Source: Orbicella franksi
Taxonomy: Eukaryota
DNA: 64,000 nt
Reading direction: 5' to 3'
Assembly: GCA_964199315.1 (NCBI GenBank)
Contig: OZ116703.1
Coordinates: 16,616,001-16,680,000 of the forward strand
Every line of letters starts with the position of its first letter. The stretch's first letter is position 1. Positions 63,086-64,000 of this stretch are shown here, piece by piece. Made by a program: the position numbers and the translations under genes. The notes below the pieces were generated by a model, which was given only the letters and a program-made list of their open reading frames with translations, made no database searches and was not told the origin of the DNA.

Positions 63086-63291
63086 CAATCTCGTTTCTAG
63101 AGTCTTCGTTTCCCTTGACTAGTGGTCGGAAAATGAGAGCTCTGGGAGCAACCATTTCAGGTGTGCGCTATAGACGCAGACTGCACAGTGAAATAGGATG
63201 GGCAGAATTCGGTTATTCAAAATGGTTGCTCCCAGAGCTCTCGTTTTCCGACTGCTGGTCAAGGGCAACGAAGACTCTGGGAACGAGATTG
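63086..63291. mobile_element. Mutator-type fold-back MITE in ADSL intron 2
   Basis: ~72-bp TIRs (caatctcgtt...gcaaccattt) and perfect 9-bp TSD GCTGGTAGT (63077-63085, 63292-63300). Confidence 0.9.
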
Positions 63292-63616
63292 GCTGGTAGT
63301 CAGATAAAACTGCTGGCTATAAAGTTAGTCATGGTCAGCCCGCTACTTCTGATGATAAATGTCGTTATTATAATACCATTGAAAAAAAACCTTTAATGTA
63401 TCCCTTACACAGTTGTGAGTCAAAGTCAGTGCATATTTAGACATGCAGAATGATTCCACATCAATGTTAGCTTCAAGGTTTGTGAGCAAAGTTTGAGATT
63501 GTGATACACATCACCCTGAATAGTTCCCTTGCATAGTGTCTTTGCTGAAAATTCTCTCTGACTCGGTCAAGAAATACCTCTTGATTCCTTAAGACATTTT
63601 TTAAAATCTTTTATAG

Positions 63617-63661
63617 GACTTGATTGTAATAAAGGATGCTTTCGACATCTTACTTCCAAAG
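63617..63661 (+). CDS. ADSL: Adenylosuccinate lyase, exon 3 (45 nt); the gene continues beyond the window
   Basis: ttttatag|GAC...AAG|gtaact. DLIVIKDAFDILLPK corresponds to human DLIILRNALDLLLPK. Confidence 0.93.
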
Positions 63662-64000
63662 GTAACTAAGATACTCTTGTGTGCAATTTAATTGCACAGT
63701 GCTTCAATACTAAGTTTATTTCTTCCAGGTTTGGGATTCTCCTTACTGTATTTGTTTAATTCACTGTATTTATGAAGGAGAAAATAGATTATAATCAGGG
63801 AAAACTGGGTTTAATTGTTGCTATTCTGAGATCATTTCACTATCTGGTATTGGTTAAATATTGTTATTAAATATTGTATACATTACCATAAATCGAAGAC
63901 AGTGCATTATTTGGTATAATGGCACCTTCTGTGGTTGGTATGACAAGTGACTGGCACTTCATATACTGAAGAGTCTTGGTACGTCCCTTTTTATGTAGGC

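Noticed and set aside
63115-63396. Short ORFs overlapping repeats (also 6350-6592, 6705-7100, 27464-28139, 33280-33687, 41596-41901)
   Set aside because: They lie within or antisense to MITEs, SINEs or tandem duplications and have no protein motifs.
2317-63975. Other CTGANGA heptamers as hammerhead cores (e.g. near 2349, 27748, 36415, 60817, 63965)
   Set aside because: None that I inspected is followed by a stem II hairpin and GAAA.

Overview
Eukaryotic genomic DNA, AT-rich and intron-containing. The gene content and repeat landscape suggest an anthozoan cnidarian, probably a stony coral (inference). The window holds a tandem array of three same-strand PRD-class Q50 homeobox genes that I assembled by hand from splice sites. 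Each has 3 coding exons, a phase-1 first intron and the PRD-typical intron between homeodomain codons 46 and 47. Gene 2 (20370-23839, 355 aa) and gene 3 (48782-52542, 295 aa) are Uncx/unc-4 family members. Gene 1 (1819-6111, 184 aa) is a strongly diverged paralog that keeps the Uncx-type W11-Q12. Accessory motifs are unevenly distributed: gene 2 has two eh1-like motifs plus an OAR motif, gene 3 has OAR only, and gene 1 has neither but ends in an acidic tail. Intron 2 of gene 2 contains a duplicated splice acceptor that could produce a truncated homeodomain. The first three exons of adenylosuccinate lyase (ADSL) start at 61939, head-to-head with a candidate small membrane-protein gene on the minus strand. 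The intergenic DNA carries several well-defined mobile elements: a solo LTR with a 5-bp TSD, a hAT deletion derivative with a CGGBP1-like N-terminus and perfect TIRs/8-bp TSD, Mutator-type MITEs, a nested pair of non-autonomous transposons, two tRNA-derived SINEs and a degenerate minimal hammerhead ribozyme motif. There are no rRNA genes, true tRNA genes or CRISPR arrays. All calls come from reading the sequence; no database searches were run.
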